Shown here one piece after another: positions 1-9,714 of a DNA stretch of 64,000 bases; positions within the stretch are counted from its first letter, which is position 1, and each line of letters begins with the position of its first letter. The DNA is from a virus. The stretch is taken from the IMG/VR virus record IMGVR_UViG_3300037258_000375, positions 1-64,000 of that record; one strand, given 5' to 3'. The notes below the pieces were generated by a model. The model did not search any database. It was not told the origin of the DNA and saw nothing but the letters and a program-made list of their open reading frames with translations. The position numbers and the translations under genes are program-made.

Positions 1-174
1 TCCCTGTCCGCCCAAGAGACCGGGAGTCAGGAAGCCTCCAGTCATGAGTTCGAAGCTCCAAGTTTGTTCATTCTGAATAGTGAGGAAGGCCTCGTTGATT
101 TTATTCTGGACAAGCCCGAGATTCGAGCCAGGGATCGCACCCAAAATTTCTTCATATAGGTTTTGGAATGGCAT
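1..174 (-). CDS. Partial virion structural protein (head-tail adaptor-like), runs off the left edge
   Basis: ATG at 174 after GGGGTGA SD; reads MPFQNLYEEILGAIPGSNLGLVQNKINEAF... open to the edge; lies downstream of capsid genes. Confidence 0.6.
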   Translation of the reverse strand, partial: MPFQNLYEEILGAIPGSNLGLVQNKINEAFLTIQNEQTWSFELMTGGFLTPGLLGGQG

Positions 175-253
175 ATTAGATCACCCCTAATAGGCTAAAA
201 TTGAGGAAATCTAAAGCGGCTATAGGCCGCATAATCTCTTTCTCGGAGAGATC

Positions 254-799
254 ATGAAGCACAACGTGCCAAGACACGCTGTTGTACAGCCGCTTGACCA
301 ATCTTACCGCATCATTCCACTCACACAGGGAAAGAACACTCTTATGAGTGCCTCTCGATACGAGTTTATCAATCAATGGAATTGGTTCGCTGAATTGGAT
401 AAGCGCAGCGGTGACTACTATGCATGTCGCCGCGATTATTCTGCTGGAAGCTGTAGACGTATAACGATGCATAGCATATTGCTTCAAGGCGATTTTGAAA
501 ACGTGGATCATTGGAATGGCGATACCCTCGATAATCGAGATGAGAATCTGCGCCCATCCAGCGTCAAAGAAAACTCCAGAAATAGAAAAAGGCCAAAAGA
601 TAATACTTCGGGATTTAAAGGCGTATGGTGGAGAAAAGAAAAACAAAAATGGGTTGCAACGATCAGAGTAGATGGTCGGCATATCTATATCGGATCGCAC
701 GTCATCCCTACCGAGGCAGCGCGACTCTACGACCGTGCCGCAATTAAATACTTCGGCGAGTTTGCTCGTCTCAACTTCCCACGTTCCGACTACAAATAA
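254..799 (+). CDS. HNH homing endonuclease with C-terminal AP2 domain
   Basis: VDHWNGDTLDNRDENLR (HNH); NTSGFKGVWW...KWVATI...EAARLYDRAAIKYFGEFARLNF (AP2); antisense to its neighbours. Confidence 0.9.
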   Translation: MKHNVPRHAVVQPLDQSYRIIPLTQGKNTLMSASRYEFINQWNWFAELDKRSGDYYACRRDYSAGSCRRITMHSILLQGDFENVDHWNGDTLDNRDENLRPSSVKENSRNRKRPKDNTSGFKGVWWRKEKQKWVATIRVDGRHIYIGSHVIPTEAARLYDRAAIKYFGEFARLNFPRSDYK

Positions 800-815
800 C
801 ATCCTCGCTCCAAAC

Positions 816-857
816 CAAAAACGCCTCTCTCGGAGTTCCCCCCGAAAAGAGGCGTTT
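816..857 (-). terminator. Intrinsic terminator of the capsid operon (possibly bidirectional)
   Basis: Minus strand AAACGCCTCTTTTCGG-loop-CCGAGAGAGGCGTTTTT; lies between convergent genes. Confidence 0.7.
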
Positions 858-892
858 GTGTGTCTCCGGGAGAAGACATCATAGGGAGGCGA

Positions 893-1240
893 TCAAAACT
901 GTCCGCCGATGCCCCCGATTTGGAAAATCTTTCCGCTTACACCCGCGCCACCAGCATACGGAAGTCCAGTTGACGCCACTATGTAAAATAGCGCCCATGA
1001 CTGCCGAACCCCGCTTGCCGCTGGTTTCGCAATCGCAATGTAGACACCAGACGTGTCCATGACGCCCCCGAATAAGACGTCGATGTAAAACGGATTCACA
1101 CTCAACGTAACCGGGTCGCCGGTCGTGGCGTTGTAGCTCGCTGGTCCCGTTCCGGTGCCCACAAAGATCGAGCGCTTGCCGACAAAATCCGGATACAGCC
1201 CAGCGATGCTACCCGGCGTATTCAACATCGTGAGTTGCAT
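893..1240 (-). CDS. Putative virion structural protein
   Basis: 115 aa, Gly/Thr-rich, SD AGGAGG, in the head module. Confidence 0.6.
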   Translation of the reverse strand: MQLTMLNTPGSIAGLYPDFVGKRSIFVGTGTGPASYNATTGDPVTLSVNPFYIDVLFGGVMDTSGVYIAIAKPAASGVRQSWALFYIVASTGLPYAGGAGVSGKIFQIGGIGGQF

Positions 1241-1248
1241 GAATCCTC

Positions 1249-1614
1249 CTACTGAAGTTGTTCGATGGTGACGTACAGATCGTAATGATCAAACGTTCCA
1301 CCAACGGATGCATTGATCGTCACCAGAGCATCTGTAACTCCCGCAAACGTTATAGCGGCTGGCGCGCTTGCTAAGGGCGGAGAACCCTCCGGATTATAGA
1401 GGGCTTCATAGCTATCAAATCCAACGGTTCCCACTCCAGCTTGAAGATATCCGCTAACACTGGCGCTGGAGGAAGTGGAAATATAAGCAATTGCAGTAGC
1501 ACGATACATCCCTGGCTGAGACGGTGTGAATATCGAAGTCTCAGATAAGTCCGCTGTCTGACCCAGCCACGAATTCTGATACACGATATTCGGTACATTC
1601 AGGCAGACATTCAT
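1249..1614 (-). CDS. Hypothetical beta-rich protein (putative structural)
   Basis: 121 aa ORF in the head operon. Confidence 0.55.
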   Translation of the reverse strand: MNVCLNVPNIVYQNSWLGQTADLSETSIFTPSQPGMYRATAIAYISTSSSASVSGYLQAGVGTVGFDSYEALYNPEGSPPLASAPAAITFAGVTDALVTINASVGGTFDHYDLYVTIEQLQ

Positions 1615-1667
1615 GATTCCCTACCAGACTGATAACAGGGCGAGCATTTCTGCCCGCCCCGATTGAG

Positions 1668-2531
1668 TTAGTCCTGGACCACTGGAGTTTCGAGGAGAAT
1701 CTTGAACGGAGTGTTTATCAATGGCGATCCGCTCAGGGTATCAAGTACGACGCCGAGATTGTAGACGCTGTACGTGGTTGTCGAAGCTACCATAAGTCCG
1801 GCTGGGCTGCTGCTTTGAGCTACGGCATTTTGTCCGGGAGTTTGAGCGGCGGTCGCGGCGGTCAGAACTGTCGCGACACCGAGTTCCTGTACAAATCCGT
1901 AATTACCCGGCGTGATCGAATTGAGGAAGATCACGGGCCGAACAGGGCCGATACCAGGAGTGCTTGCTGGTCCCAGCGCCGCAATGTCCGCGCTCGTGAC
2001 GAGGTTCATCGTGATTCCCAACTCAGCCAAGACCGTTCCTGGCGTTCCACCCGTAACGAGAGTGAAGGTTGGCGGAGAGACATAGCCGAATCCAGCATTG
2101 ATGACCGAGACACTCGTAACGGCTCCGCTGGCTCCGACCGTAACCGAAATCGATGCGCCCGATCCGCCGCCGCTTCCGGCGTTTGCCTGGACCGTGTAAG
2201 AACCCGGTGTCTGTCCCGAACCGGCAGTGAGAACGACGACCGACTTCATGGTCTGGCCCGAACGAACGTAGCCCACGGTGCCGGTCTTGACATTCGCTGC
2301 GGTCGCGCCTGAATCAACTTGCACGAAACGATAGCGGCCTGCAAACAGGAGACCATTGGCCTGATACGAACCTGCTGCGGCTTCGTCATTCGTAGCGTCG
2401 AAGTAGTCGCCGAGATTCAAGCCGCCCGAAGCGTAGGGTTGGCCCGAGATCGGATCGAACATGTACGTCGGCGAGGTCGAATTCGCGTTGTTCCATCCGG
2501 TCCAAGTCGGTAGTATCTGCTGCTGTGGCAT
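1668..2531 (-). CDS. Putative capsid decoration/minor structural protein
   Basis: 287 aa, G/T/S/A-rich, downstream of the major capsid gene; contains a VVLTAGSG..VSVINAGFGY beta-repeat. Confidence 0.6.
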   Translation of the reverse strand: MPQQQILPTWTGWNNANSTSPTYMFDPISGQPYASGGLNLGDYFDATNDEAAAGSYQANGLLFAGRYRFVQVDSGATAANVKTGTVGYVRSGQTMKSVVVLTAGSGQTPGSYTVQANAGSGGGSGASISVTVGASGAVTSVSVINAGFGYVSPPTFTLVTGGTPGTVLAELGITMNLVTSADIAALGPASTPGIGPVRPVIFLNSITPGNYGFVQELGVATVLTAATAAQTPGQNAVAQSSSPAGLMVASTTTYSVYNLGVVLDTLSGSPLINTPFKILLETPVVQD

Positions 2532-3127
2532 TAGAGTTTCTCCTGTTCGCTGCGCCTGCGCGGATCAATTACTAGCGCGTTTGCCGGACTCGGAAGTTCG
2601 TAACCTTTTGTCAAAGATTCAATGGAACCTACATCCAATAAGTCCCACTTATCTTCGGTGTCTGCAAGGCGTTGTACCGTAATCTGGTCGTACAGACTGC
2701 GATTGCTTGATTTACTGACGTACCCTCGCTTTGAAAACCAGATCGTCGATTTTTTCACTGACGTCGGAACAATGAAGAATCTGTTCTCGTCAATTCCCCA
2801 AAGTACGAAGTAATCAGCAACCTCAGAATATGGACGAAGCCCCGTTTTCTTGTATCGCCGTTCCGTTGAAAACCATGCTCCTCGACGAAGATCAAATAAG
2901 TAGCCGGGATTATGGCTGATGCCATCCATTCCTCGATTGTTGAGGCGTAAACTCGCGCTCTTCACCTGTAAGCGCAGTCCGTTTAATAGAACAATGTCAA
3001 CCCCAAGATCAACAGCCGGGAACATAGGAATAATTTCCCTAAGAGCTAACTGCGAAGCGACCGCCCATTCCGCCGCCTTGCACCTCAGCAAGTATTCCTG
3101 ACCCCGAACTATTGGTTCTTTCTGCAT
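2531..3127 (-). CDS. PD-(D/E)XK homing-type endonuclease
   Basis: AAEWAVASQL...P.VDLGVDIV...LQVKS catalytic pattern; AT-richer than its flanks. Confidence 0.75.
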   Translation of the reverse strand: MQKEPIVRGQEYLLRCKAAEWAVASQLALREIIPMFPAVDLGVDIVLLNGLRLQVKSASLRLNNRGMDGISHNPGYLFDLRRGAWFSTERRYKKTGLRPYSEVADYFVLWGIDENRFFIVPTSVKKSTIWFSKRGYVSKSSNRSLYDQITVQRLADTEDKWDLLDVGSIESLTKGYELPSPANALVIDPRRRSEQEKL

Positions 3128-3160
3128 TCAAAAACCTCAAAATTACTTAAGCTTCTCTTA

Positions 3161-4423
3161 TTAGGAAGTGAAGCCAAAGGCATACGCAGAATGTCTTGGC
3201 TGGGTGTTGTAGAGGTTCGTTCCCAGCCGCATAAAGATCGCGTCGATGCTGACGTTGTTCGGCATCGGTGCCCGACGAACGCCGAAGTTCCAGCCCTTCT
3301 TGTTGGTCGTACGGAGGAAGAAGCTCTCCGGCTCCAGGAAGTAAAGCACCTCGGACGGCTGGATCGAGGAGTTCGACGGAAGACCGGAACCGGTCGGCGA
3401 GAAGTTGACTGCTGCGCCGGTCGTCGGATTCGTGAATTGAGGCGTGATGAACGAGGGAGTCGTGGTGTTTGATCCAACACCGTCCACGAGCGTGGTGTTC
3501 GATGCTGGTCCGCCGTTCGCGCCAAGCGGAATGTAGTTCTGCGCCTGGGCCGATGGTGCGAGCGGATCGGTGTAGATGTCCACACCATTGAAGCTGAATG
3601 CATCCCAGCGGAGATCGTGCTTCGTGAGGTTCACGTCGCGGCGCTGTTGATCGAGCGCTACGCAGATTGCCTTGAAGCCAAAGACGTTGGTGATGCCGAG
3701 TGTAGGCTGACCGCCCGTGATCCTGCACTGATCCCAAAGCTGGTGCAACTGCGGCATACCGATCTGACCAGGGCTGCTCACACCGCCGCCTGTGAATACG
3801 GTAGGCTGGGTGCCCAGGTACAACGGCGTCGAGTTCAAAGCGATGCCGATGTTTCCGTTGCGCTGCTGTGCGCCGTAGTTCGTATAGCGATTGCCATACA
3901 CCGAGGGATCGATGCCGTTATTGAGGGCCTCATCCATGCCATTGCTGGCCTTGATGCGGTTATCTTGAACGGTGGAAGACGAACTTTGTCCGTGACGGAA
4001 CGCATCCATCTCCAGCATCGTGTTGATCTGCATGACGAGGTTTTCCATCCACAACTGGTACTCGTCCACGATGCGGGGGGGACCGGAGTTGATGACGCCG
4101 CCCGTCCCCGATCCGTCGTCAAGCTCCCAATCGTCCATCGGGAACCAGGACGCGTATGCCTTCGGCTGGAACTTCACGCCCGTGTTGATCTGCTGGCGAG
4201 TGACGGTTACGGTCTGGCCCGGATTTACAGCCGCACCTTGCGCACGACCGTAAAGGATACCTTCCTGCATTGCCGAGCCGCCGAGGAATGGGTCAGCTAC
4301 ACCAACACGACGCAACTTCTCTAAGAAGGGATAGCCCACGAAGAAGTTGTTGAATACGACGTCGATCCTCACAGCCTGTAGGTTTGAGGCGTCGATTTCG
4401 TTAAGAAGTGGATCGTTTGGCAT
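3161..4423 (-). CDS. Major capsid protein
   Basis: 420 aa, strong codon bias, follows the scaffold-like gene in portal-scaffold-capsid order. Confidence 0.75.
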   Translation of the reverse strand: MPNDPLLNEIDASNLQAVRIDVVFNNFFVGYPFLEKLRRVGVADPFLGGSAMQEGILYGRAQGAAVNPGQTVTVTRQQINTGVKFQPKAYASWFPMDDWELDDGSGTGGVINSGPPRIVDEYQLWMENLVMQINTMLEMDAFRHGQSSSSTVQDNRIKASNGMDEALNNGIDPSVYGNRYTNYGAQQRNGNIGIALNSTPLYLGTQPTVFTGGGVSSPGQIGMPQLHQLWDQCRITGGQPTLGITNVFGFKAICVALDQQRRDVNLTKHDLRWDAFSFNGVDIYTDPLAPSAQAQNYIPLGANGGPASNTTLVDGVGSNTTTPSFITPQFTNPTTGAAVNFSPTGSGLPSNSSIQPSEVLYFLEPESFFLRTTNKKGWNFGVRRAPMPNNVSIDAIFMRLGTNLYNTQPRHSAYAFGFTS

Positions 4424-4457
4424 TTGCGTCTCCTATTACTTTTGCTGCGCGCAGGCA

Positions 4458-5468
4458 TTAAGCTGCCGGTTGTTCCTGCGTCGCAATACGCTCGGTGATC
4501 TGCTTGCGCGTAATCTGGTGCCGCTCGTGATTGCTGAGCTTCAAAGGATCGGGGCGATTGCCCTGCTGGACGGCGCGGTTCACTTCGCGCATCTCGGACG
4601 GAACCGTAGTGCGGACGTCCGGATTGTTGCCCGTGCGCTCCGCCCATTCCGTGCGAGCCTTCTCCAAATCGGTCTTGGCTTTGTCTTCCGACGCCTTAAG
4701 CTTTTCCCCCCACGTTTTGTCGCTATCGGCGCGTACAGCGGCGTCATGGTCTTCCTGTGCTTTGCGCTGAATCTCGTCACGCTTCCCGGCGAAGTTGTAC
4801 TTCTTGGAAACATAGTCACGATACGGAAGCTTCATGCCCTCTGCTTCGCGAGCAAGCTGCATCGGGTCATCCGGAAGGAATCCGCCGTGAAGCCTCTGAT
4901 ACTCGCCCATCGCCCAGGTCGTATCGGAAAGCGCTGAGCGCACGTCATCGATCAAGGTCGGACTTCCTGGCGTGCTTCCAGGAACATTGGCGACGTAGCG
5001 GCCATTGCTGTCACGCACTCCTGGAGGTGGCGGGGTGGATGCCACTGGCGGGGCTGGAGCGAAAGTGAAAGCAGGAGCATCGGCGGCGATAAACCCATTC
5101 GCCTTCGCGCCTTCGGCCTGCTTCTTATAGAACTCCGCTTCCGCCACTGCCCTGATCTTCTCGGATTCGATCTTCTTCCGCGTGTCGTCCCATCCGGTCA
5201 ACGCGGGAACGATGGACCCTTCATAAAATTCGCGGTTTGATCTCTCGACCAACTCTGCCTTTTCAGCACGCTCCACGGCGATCTTCTGCGCATCGGCGGC
5301 TGCTTTCTTCAACTCTTCAGACTTCGCCGTAGCATCGATGGCTACCTTCCGCTCTTGCTCGGCGGCGCTCATCACGCCGGTAAACGCGGTCGTCACTCTC
5401 GGATCGACCTTGGCGATCTCTTCGTCGGTAAAACCGGTTTGCTTCAAAATCTCAGCTATGCTCGGCAT
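4458..5468 (-). CDS. Putative capsid scaffolding protein
   Basis: Coiled-coil, A/E/K-rich 336 aa ORF directly upstream of the capsid gene. Confidence 0.6.
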   Translation of the reverse strand: MPSIAEILKQTGFTDEEIAKVDPRVTTAFTGVMSAAEQERKVAIDATAKSEELKKAAADAQKIAVERAEKAELVERSNREFYEGSIVPALTGWDDTRKKIESEKIRAVAEAEFYKKQAEGAKANGFIAADAPAFTFAPAPPVASTPPPPGVRDSNGRYVANVPGSTPGSPTLIDDVRSALSDTTWAMGEYQRLHGGFLPDDPMQLAREAEGMKLPYRDYVSKKYNFAGKRDEIQRKAQEDHDAAVRADSDKTWGEKLKASEDKAKTDLEKARTEWAERTGNNPDVRTTVPSEMREVNRAVQQGNRPDPLKLSNHERHQITRKQITERIATQEQPAA

Positions 5469-5495
5469 CTTCGTAATCTCCCGGATTCAAAGTTA

Positions 5496-5780
5496 TTAAG
5501 TTGGCTGTTGGTTGACGGGTGTGGGTTGTTGCGGAACCACAAGAGACTGCTGCATCTCATGAACCCCATCGGCAACTTTTTTTGCTCCAGAAGCAAGGCG
5601 CGGATCAGACGCAGCCATATCCTGCGCGGCTTTGTACCACTGCGCGAGGAGCATCTGTAGCTGATTCGCTGGAGCTTGAGTAGCCGACTGAGGAGCAGTC
5701 GTCGCTTGTCCATCAGGTGGAGTGCCGCCTGGGGCGGCACTCTGGCCTGGATCGGAACCGGGCATAGGGTTCGTAGCCAA
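5496..5780 (-). CDS. Hypothetical P/Q-rich protein
   Basis: 94 aa, GGAGA SD before TTG. Confidence 0.6.
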   Translation of the reverse strand: MATNPMPGSDPGQSAAPGGTPPDGQATTAPQSATQAPANQLQMLLAQWYKAAQDMAASDPRLASGAKKVADGVHEMQQSLVVPQQPTPVNQQPT

Positions 5781-5813
5781 TGGGATTCTCCGTGAGTCGT
5801 CCGTTGGCTAGGC

Positions 5814-5933
5814 TTACGCCTTGGTGATGGTCTTCTTGCTGTGGTGCTTGCCGCCGTGGCGCTTCTTGTGGCCACCCTTGTGGTGGCTGGCCTTCATCAG
5901 GTGGGCTGCAACCTTCTTCGCGCGATGCTTCAT
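5814..5933 (-). CDS. Small His/Lys-rich basic peptide (39 aa)
   Basis: AAGGAG SD then MKHRAKKVAAHLMKASHHKGGHKKRHGGKHHSKKTITKA*; below the ORF-track length cutoff. Confidence 0.75.
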   Translation of the reverse strand: MKHRAKKVAAHLMKASHHKGGHKKRHGGKHHSKKTITKA

Positions 5934-5962
5934 GATCGTTTCTCCTTGGTTGATTTTCCGTA

Positions 5963-6080
5963 CAAAGAAAAACGGCAACATCCAGGCCGTCTTTCTCGGC
6001 TGGAGTCGCCGCTTTATCCCAAGGAGGGGAGCACGTATCTCGCTCTAATGAACTTAGTGCCGATGTTTTCTTTTTGTCAA
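5963..6080 (-). promoter_or_regulatory. Sigma70-like promoter with a structured, terminator-containing leader
   Basis: TTGACA at 6080-6075, TAAGTT 18 nt downstream; leader hairpin GCGGCGACTCCAG...CTGGATGTTGCCGT followed by TTTTCTTT. Confidence 0.55.
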
Positions 6081-6120
6081 GCAATTTTTGCGAAAAACTT
6101 AAAATGCGCTACGCGTAGAG

Positions 6121-6360
6121 CTAGATCATCATCGTGTCGATACCGAGAATCTCGCGAATTTTCTTGTCGAGATCAGACGGAATTTTCGATCTTTGCTTGA
6201 CGCTAATGCCAAGAACACCACCATTGTTGTACATCCCGATTACTTCGCCAGTGCTCCTGGAAGCGCGAAGCACTTCCTGCACTTCCTTCAAATCCACAGG
6301 CGGTTCGAAAGTCACTTCGGTGACGTAGTAATTCGTCTGAGTCTTGATCCTGAGTCCCAC
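6121..6360 (-). CDS. Hypothetical protein
   Basis: GTG start after AGGAGGAG SD; 79 aa. Confidence 0.65.
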   Translation of the reverse strand: MGLRIKTQTNYYVTEVTFEPPVDLKEVQEVLRASRSTGEVIGMYNNGGVLGISVKQRSKIPSDLDKKIREILGIDTMMI

Positions 6361-6400
6361 ATCTCCTCCTAAACACACACGCCGGTCCCCGATCCAGGTG

Positions 6401-8500
6401 TTATCCGCTTTCGCTCACTACCGTGCGCGGTTCCCCACCCGCCGCGCCCTTCTGCTTGATGCGAGGCCCGCTCTGGCCAGTCGGCTTGCGTCCGGTTTGC
6501 CCGCCTCCGCCGCCCTTGCCGCCTTTGCCTCCACCGCCTTGACTATCATCTTGCGGAGGCTGAATGCCAAGCTGCTTCATAAACTGCTGAGCGAGAACAG
6601 CCGCTATGATCTTCAGCTTTTGCATTTCAACTTCTTCGTTGAACCACTTTTCTTTCTCTGTGTTACCCGGTGTCTCGCCCCAATTCTGAATATCCAAGTC
6701 CTTCATGACCGTGGACCAGGAGATAGGAGCGCCGCCACGTTTCAATTGCAGCATCATGAGTTGACGCTGAATCTGCGTGATCTTTAAGAGAGTATTCGGG
6801 ACGGAAGTAAGGCGTATGTTCCGCGCGAACCAGCGAGCGCGCTCAAGACGTGGATACATCGAGGATATAGTCGGGAATCCGGTACCAATCATTTCTTCCG
6901 GAAGATGACTCGGTACAAGATCGTCTGGATTGAAGTCGAACACTTCCGGCGCGACGGTCGGTCCGATGTACTCCATGATTCTTCGCACATTGAACCACTG
7001 GAGGATGAGGAACTTCATGCGGTTGCCGACAGCCTTGTTTGCTTTTTCGATTCTCGCCGCAATCCCTTTCGCGATAGGCCCGATAGACTCGATCATCTTG
7101 TCTGCCGTCTCGCTTGTGATATTCATCTTCATGTTTTGCAAGTTACCCAGGTCGAGTAAGCCAAGCTGGGTCTGCTCTGCATTGCGGATGTATTCGAGAA
7201 ACTTGAAGTGAAGTTCGGTCGGACGCACTTCTTCCGGCAAGACAGATTGCAATGTCTCTTTCGGTTTTCCATCGAGACCGATGCGCACATCTTCTTCAAA
7301 TATGTCGAAGTGCTCTACCTTCGGACCGCCAGTCTCGGTCATGTTGTAACCAAGCGGCGGATTGAGAGTGACAGTGATTACTTGATCGAGCTTGCGTTCG
7401 ATTTTGCGCTTCGTCTGCTCAATCGAGCCCACGTCATCGACTAGCGATCTGCCGAGCGGCTCCCACGCCCAATCATCCACGGTGTACTGAATGATCGGCA
7501 TCTTTGAATCCCAATCGAATGCGGGACCATCATACATCGGCTGTTCGATACCACTCGATGTGATGAGGAGCCGCAAGTTCGGATACACGCGACAATCCTC
7601 GCGCGTTGCTTGACGGAAGAACGGAAGACCGCCCTTCATCCCCGCAAAGATCATCTGGCCGACCGAAGGCACTTTGTAAAACCACGAGGTCTCCGGGTCA
7701 CCCATCGGAAGTTCTTTCCCGGTGATGTTGATCCGCATATCGCGAACGAACGTGTACCGAATCTCGCAGTAGAGATTCCCGAACGAGCGCCCCTGTTCGC
7801 CGTAACGGTACATCTCGGCGTAGTCCTGCCGCCGCGCCTGCATCCGGTTCTTGTAGCTCCACCGGCCAACAGTCTGGAGTCGCTGCTGGAAGAGAGGAAA
7901 TCTACCATGCGCCTCGGCAATCGGCAGATAGTCAAAGACCGAGACCGCGTATGCATCCTGCACGTCGTTGCTGCGCGGAATCTGGACTGGCACCACATCG
8001 AGCAGCCCGAGAGGCTCAAAGACGAGCTTGCGCTCGCCGTATCCGTACTCGTCTGCCTTGACCTTCGGCCAGAGATAGCCGATCCCCATGACCGCCGCGT
8101 ATTGCAGCACCTTCAGAATCTGGAATGGGAAATCTGATTCGAGGTATACAGCTTTCGAGACCTTTGTGAGCATCTCCGCAATGGACTTGTAGGCTGGATG
8201 ATCGGAGCCATAGCCAGCGATCTCGCGGACCTCCGCAAGGGTCTCGCAAAATTTGCGGATGTCATACTTCAGTTCGTTCGTGAGCAGTGTGGACTTGGTC
8301 TTGTCAGCGCGAAGAATCCCGTCGAAGATTCTCAGGTTCTGACTGAGATTTTTATAGCATGTCTGGTTTTCGAGGAAGCCTTCGCCTTCCTGAATCATGT
8401 CCTCAACCCAAGAAACTCTGGATTCAGGCGATGACTCAAAGGGAGGACACTGCCAAGAAATCCTCTCTACCTTTGATCTGGCTTCCAGTTGAACTGGCAC
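6401..8500 (-). CDS. Probable portal protein
   Basis: 699 aa between terminase and scaffold/capsid genes; disordered G/Q/K-rich C-terminus. Confidence 0.7.
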   Translation of the reverse strand: MPVQLEARSKVERISWQCPPFESSPESRVSWVEDMIQEGEGFLENQTCYKNLSQNLRIFDGILRADKTKSTLLTNELKYDIRKFCETLAEVREIAGYGSDHPAYKSIAEMLTKVSKAVYLESDFPFQILKVLQYAAVMGIGYLWPKVKADEYGYGERKLVFEPLGLLDVVPVQIPRSNDVQDAYAVSVFDYLPIAEAHGRFPLFQQRLQTVGRWSYKNRMQARRQDYAEMYRYGEQGRSFGNLYCEIRYTFVRDMRINITGKELPMGDPETSWFYKVPSVGQMIFAGMKGGLPFFRQATREDCRVYPNLRLLITSSGIEQPMYDGPAFDWDSKMPIIQYTVDDWAWEPLGRSLVDDVGSIEQTKRKIERKLDQVITVTLNPPLGYNMTETGGPKVEHFDIFEEDVRIGLDGKPKETLQSVLPEEVRPTELHFKFLEYIRNAEQTQLGLLDLGNLQNMKMNITSETADKMIESIGPIAKGIAARIEKANKAVGNRMKFLILQWFNVRRIMEYIGPTVAPEVFDFNPDDLVPSHLPEEMIGTGFPTISSMYPRLERARWFARNIRLTSVPNTLLKITQIQRQLMMLQLKRGGAPISWSTVMKDLDIQNWGETPGNTEKEKWFNEEVEMQKLKIIAAVLAQQFMKQLGIQPPQDDSQGGGGKGGKGGGGGQTGRKPTGQSGPRIKQKGAAGGEPRTVVSESG

Positions 8501-8570
8501 ACTGCTTCCATTTCTCCCCCGGCTCCATCCGAATTCTGGACGGATCTTTCTCAGTCACTCTACAACAAAA

Positions 8571-9098
8571 TCAAGATTTTACCCAAAACTTCTTCTGGCG
8601 AAGCATTTCCGTGGTGTATTCGTACATATGACCGCAGCCTGGACAGAAGCAGGAAGAGCCAAGATACCAGCGGAACCGTGTCCCACATCCCCATCGCCAG
8701 CGAGCGCCTTCTAGTCGCTCCTTCATTTCCGAGGACGTAAGGAATTCCCGACCGGCGTCGCAGATTCGTTCGAGAAGCAATGGCCCAATTACACTCTTCT
8801 CGTCATACAAAGAGCGCACTGGGTTTGGGATTGTCGGCTTGTCATCGTATTCTGGCGTGGGCTGCGATTTCGTTTCCGTTGTTATCCTTCTTCTCCCGCT
8901 TCTTTTATTGTGCGCGTGATACTTCCTTCCGCCCTTTCTCATTCTCCCGGACCCCCATGAAATGCTTTTCTCCGTGGCTTGGCTCCGCGCCATAACCATG
9001 GCAAGACCGCCCATTCTTTCTCGTGACAGTCCACTCCCAAATACTTTCATCACGCCTATAGGTCGGCTCACCGTCGTATTTCTTTCTACCGATCTCAC
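8571..9098 (-). CDS. Hypothetical protein with CxxC (true start uncertain, probably near 8890-8940)
   Basis: CFCPGCGH near the C-terminus. Confidence 0.4.
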   Translation of the reverse strand: MRSVERNTTVSRPIGVMKVFGSGLSRERMGGLAMVMARSQATEKSISWGSGRMRKGGRKYHAHNKRSGRRRITTETKSQPTPEYDDKPTIPNPVRSLYDEKSVIGPLLLERICDAGREFLTSSEMKERLEGARWRWGCGTRFRWYLGSSCFCPGCGHMYEYTTEMLRQKKFWVKS

Positions 9099-9162
9099 GA
9101 GCGGATGTGACTTCGTTCTCCTGGAGGACGTGACTGTGGAACACGCACTGTGTCACTTTCAC
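8905..9162 (-). CDS. Hypothetical protein
   Basis: ATGA overlap with the upstream gene. Confidence 0.5.
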   Translation of the reverse strand: MKVTQCVFHSHVLQENEVTSAREIGRKKYDGEPTYRRDESIWEWTVTRKNGRSCHGYGAEPSHGEKHFMGVRENEKGRKEVSRAQ

Positions 9163-9704
9163 AAGTCATCCTGCGCCGGTCGATCCATGGCATACGGGCC
9201 GAACTCATCGATCATCCGTTTTACAACGCCCCATCCCTCACGAACGAACCTATCCACTTCATCTTGCGAATAGCCGATGCGAATCCTTTCTTTGCCTGGA
9301 TCGATAGTATCTCCCGGAGAGCATCTCCCACACTGCATGGAAGGTATTGAGCACCAAACAATCGGGTCGGTTGGTTGGTTCACACGAGCTACCCACAGTC
9401 CCGAGTAACCAATATCTGTGAGATCGAGGTTATCCGGAACATATCCCTCCTCCAACGAACAAAGATTATTCGGAGAGATGCCATTTGCTGTGTCTCCTAT
9501 GTACCACCACCAACCTCGAAAAAACGGCTCTCGCTGCTTCCACGCATGTGAGAGCGTGCCTTGATCGAGATGCGCACCTAACTGTTCGCAAAGAACGAGC
9601 GGATACGGAGGGATGTTCGCTTTTGCGGTCGCGACGGCTTCAGCGATGTCGTCTCTCATCTGCTGTACCCATCGAACTTCCGTCTGTTCCGGGAAAAAGG
9701 GCAT
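9159..9704 (-). CDS. Hypothetical protein
   Basis: 181 aa, AAGGAG SD. Confidence 0.65.
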   Translation of the reverse strand: MPFFPEQTEVRWVQQMRDDIAEAVATAKANIPPYPLVLCEQLGAHLDQGTLSHAWKQREPFFRGWWWYIGDTANGISPNNLCSLEEGYVPDNLDLTDIGYSGLWVARVNQPTDPIVWCSIPSMQCGRCSPGDTIDPGKERIRIGYSQDEVDRFVREGWGVVKRMIDEFGPYAMDRPAQDDL

Positions 9705-9714
9705 GAACTTCTCC

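Noticed and set aside
2531-3160. Group I intron around the PD-(D/E)XK gene
   Set aside because: The flanking genes look complete and there is no non-coding space for an intron core.
3109-4324. ORFs overlapping the capsid gene (3109..3603, 3147..3737, 3617..4324)
   Set aside because: Frame and antisense shadows of a highly codon-biased gene.
6015-6050. HDV-like ribozyme or known riboswitch in the head-operon leader
   Set aside because: A CCCTCCTTGGG hairpin is present, but I could not build the P1/P1.1/P2 pseudoknot or match a known aptamer.
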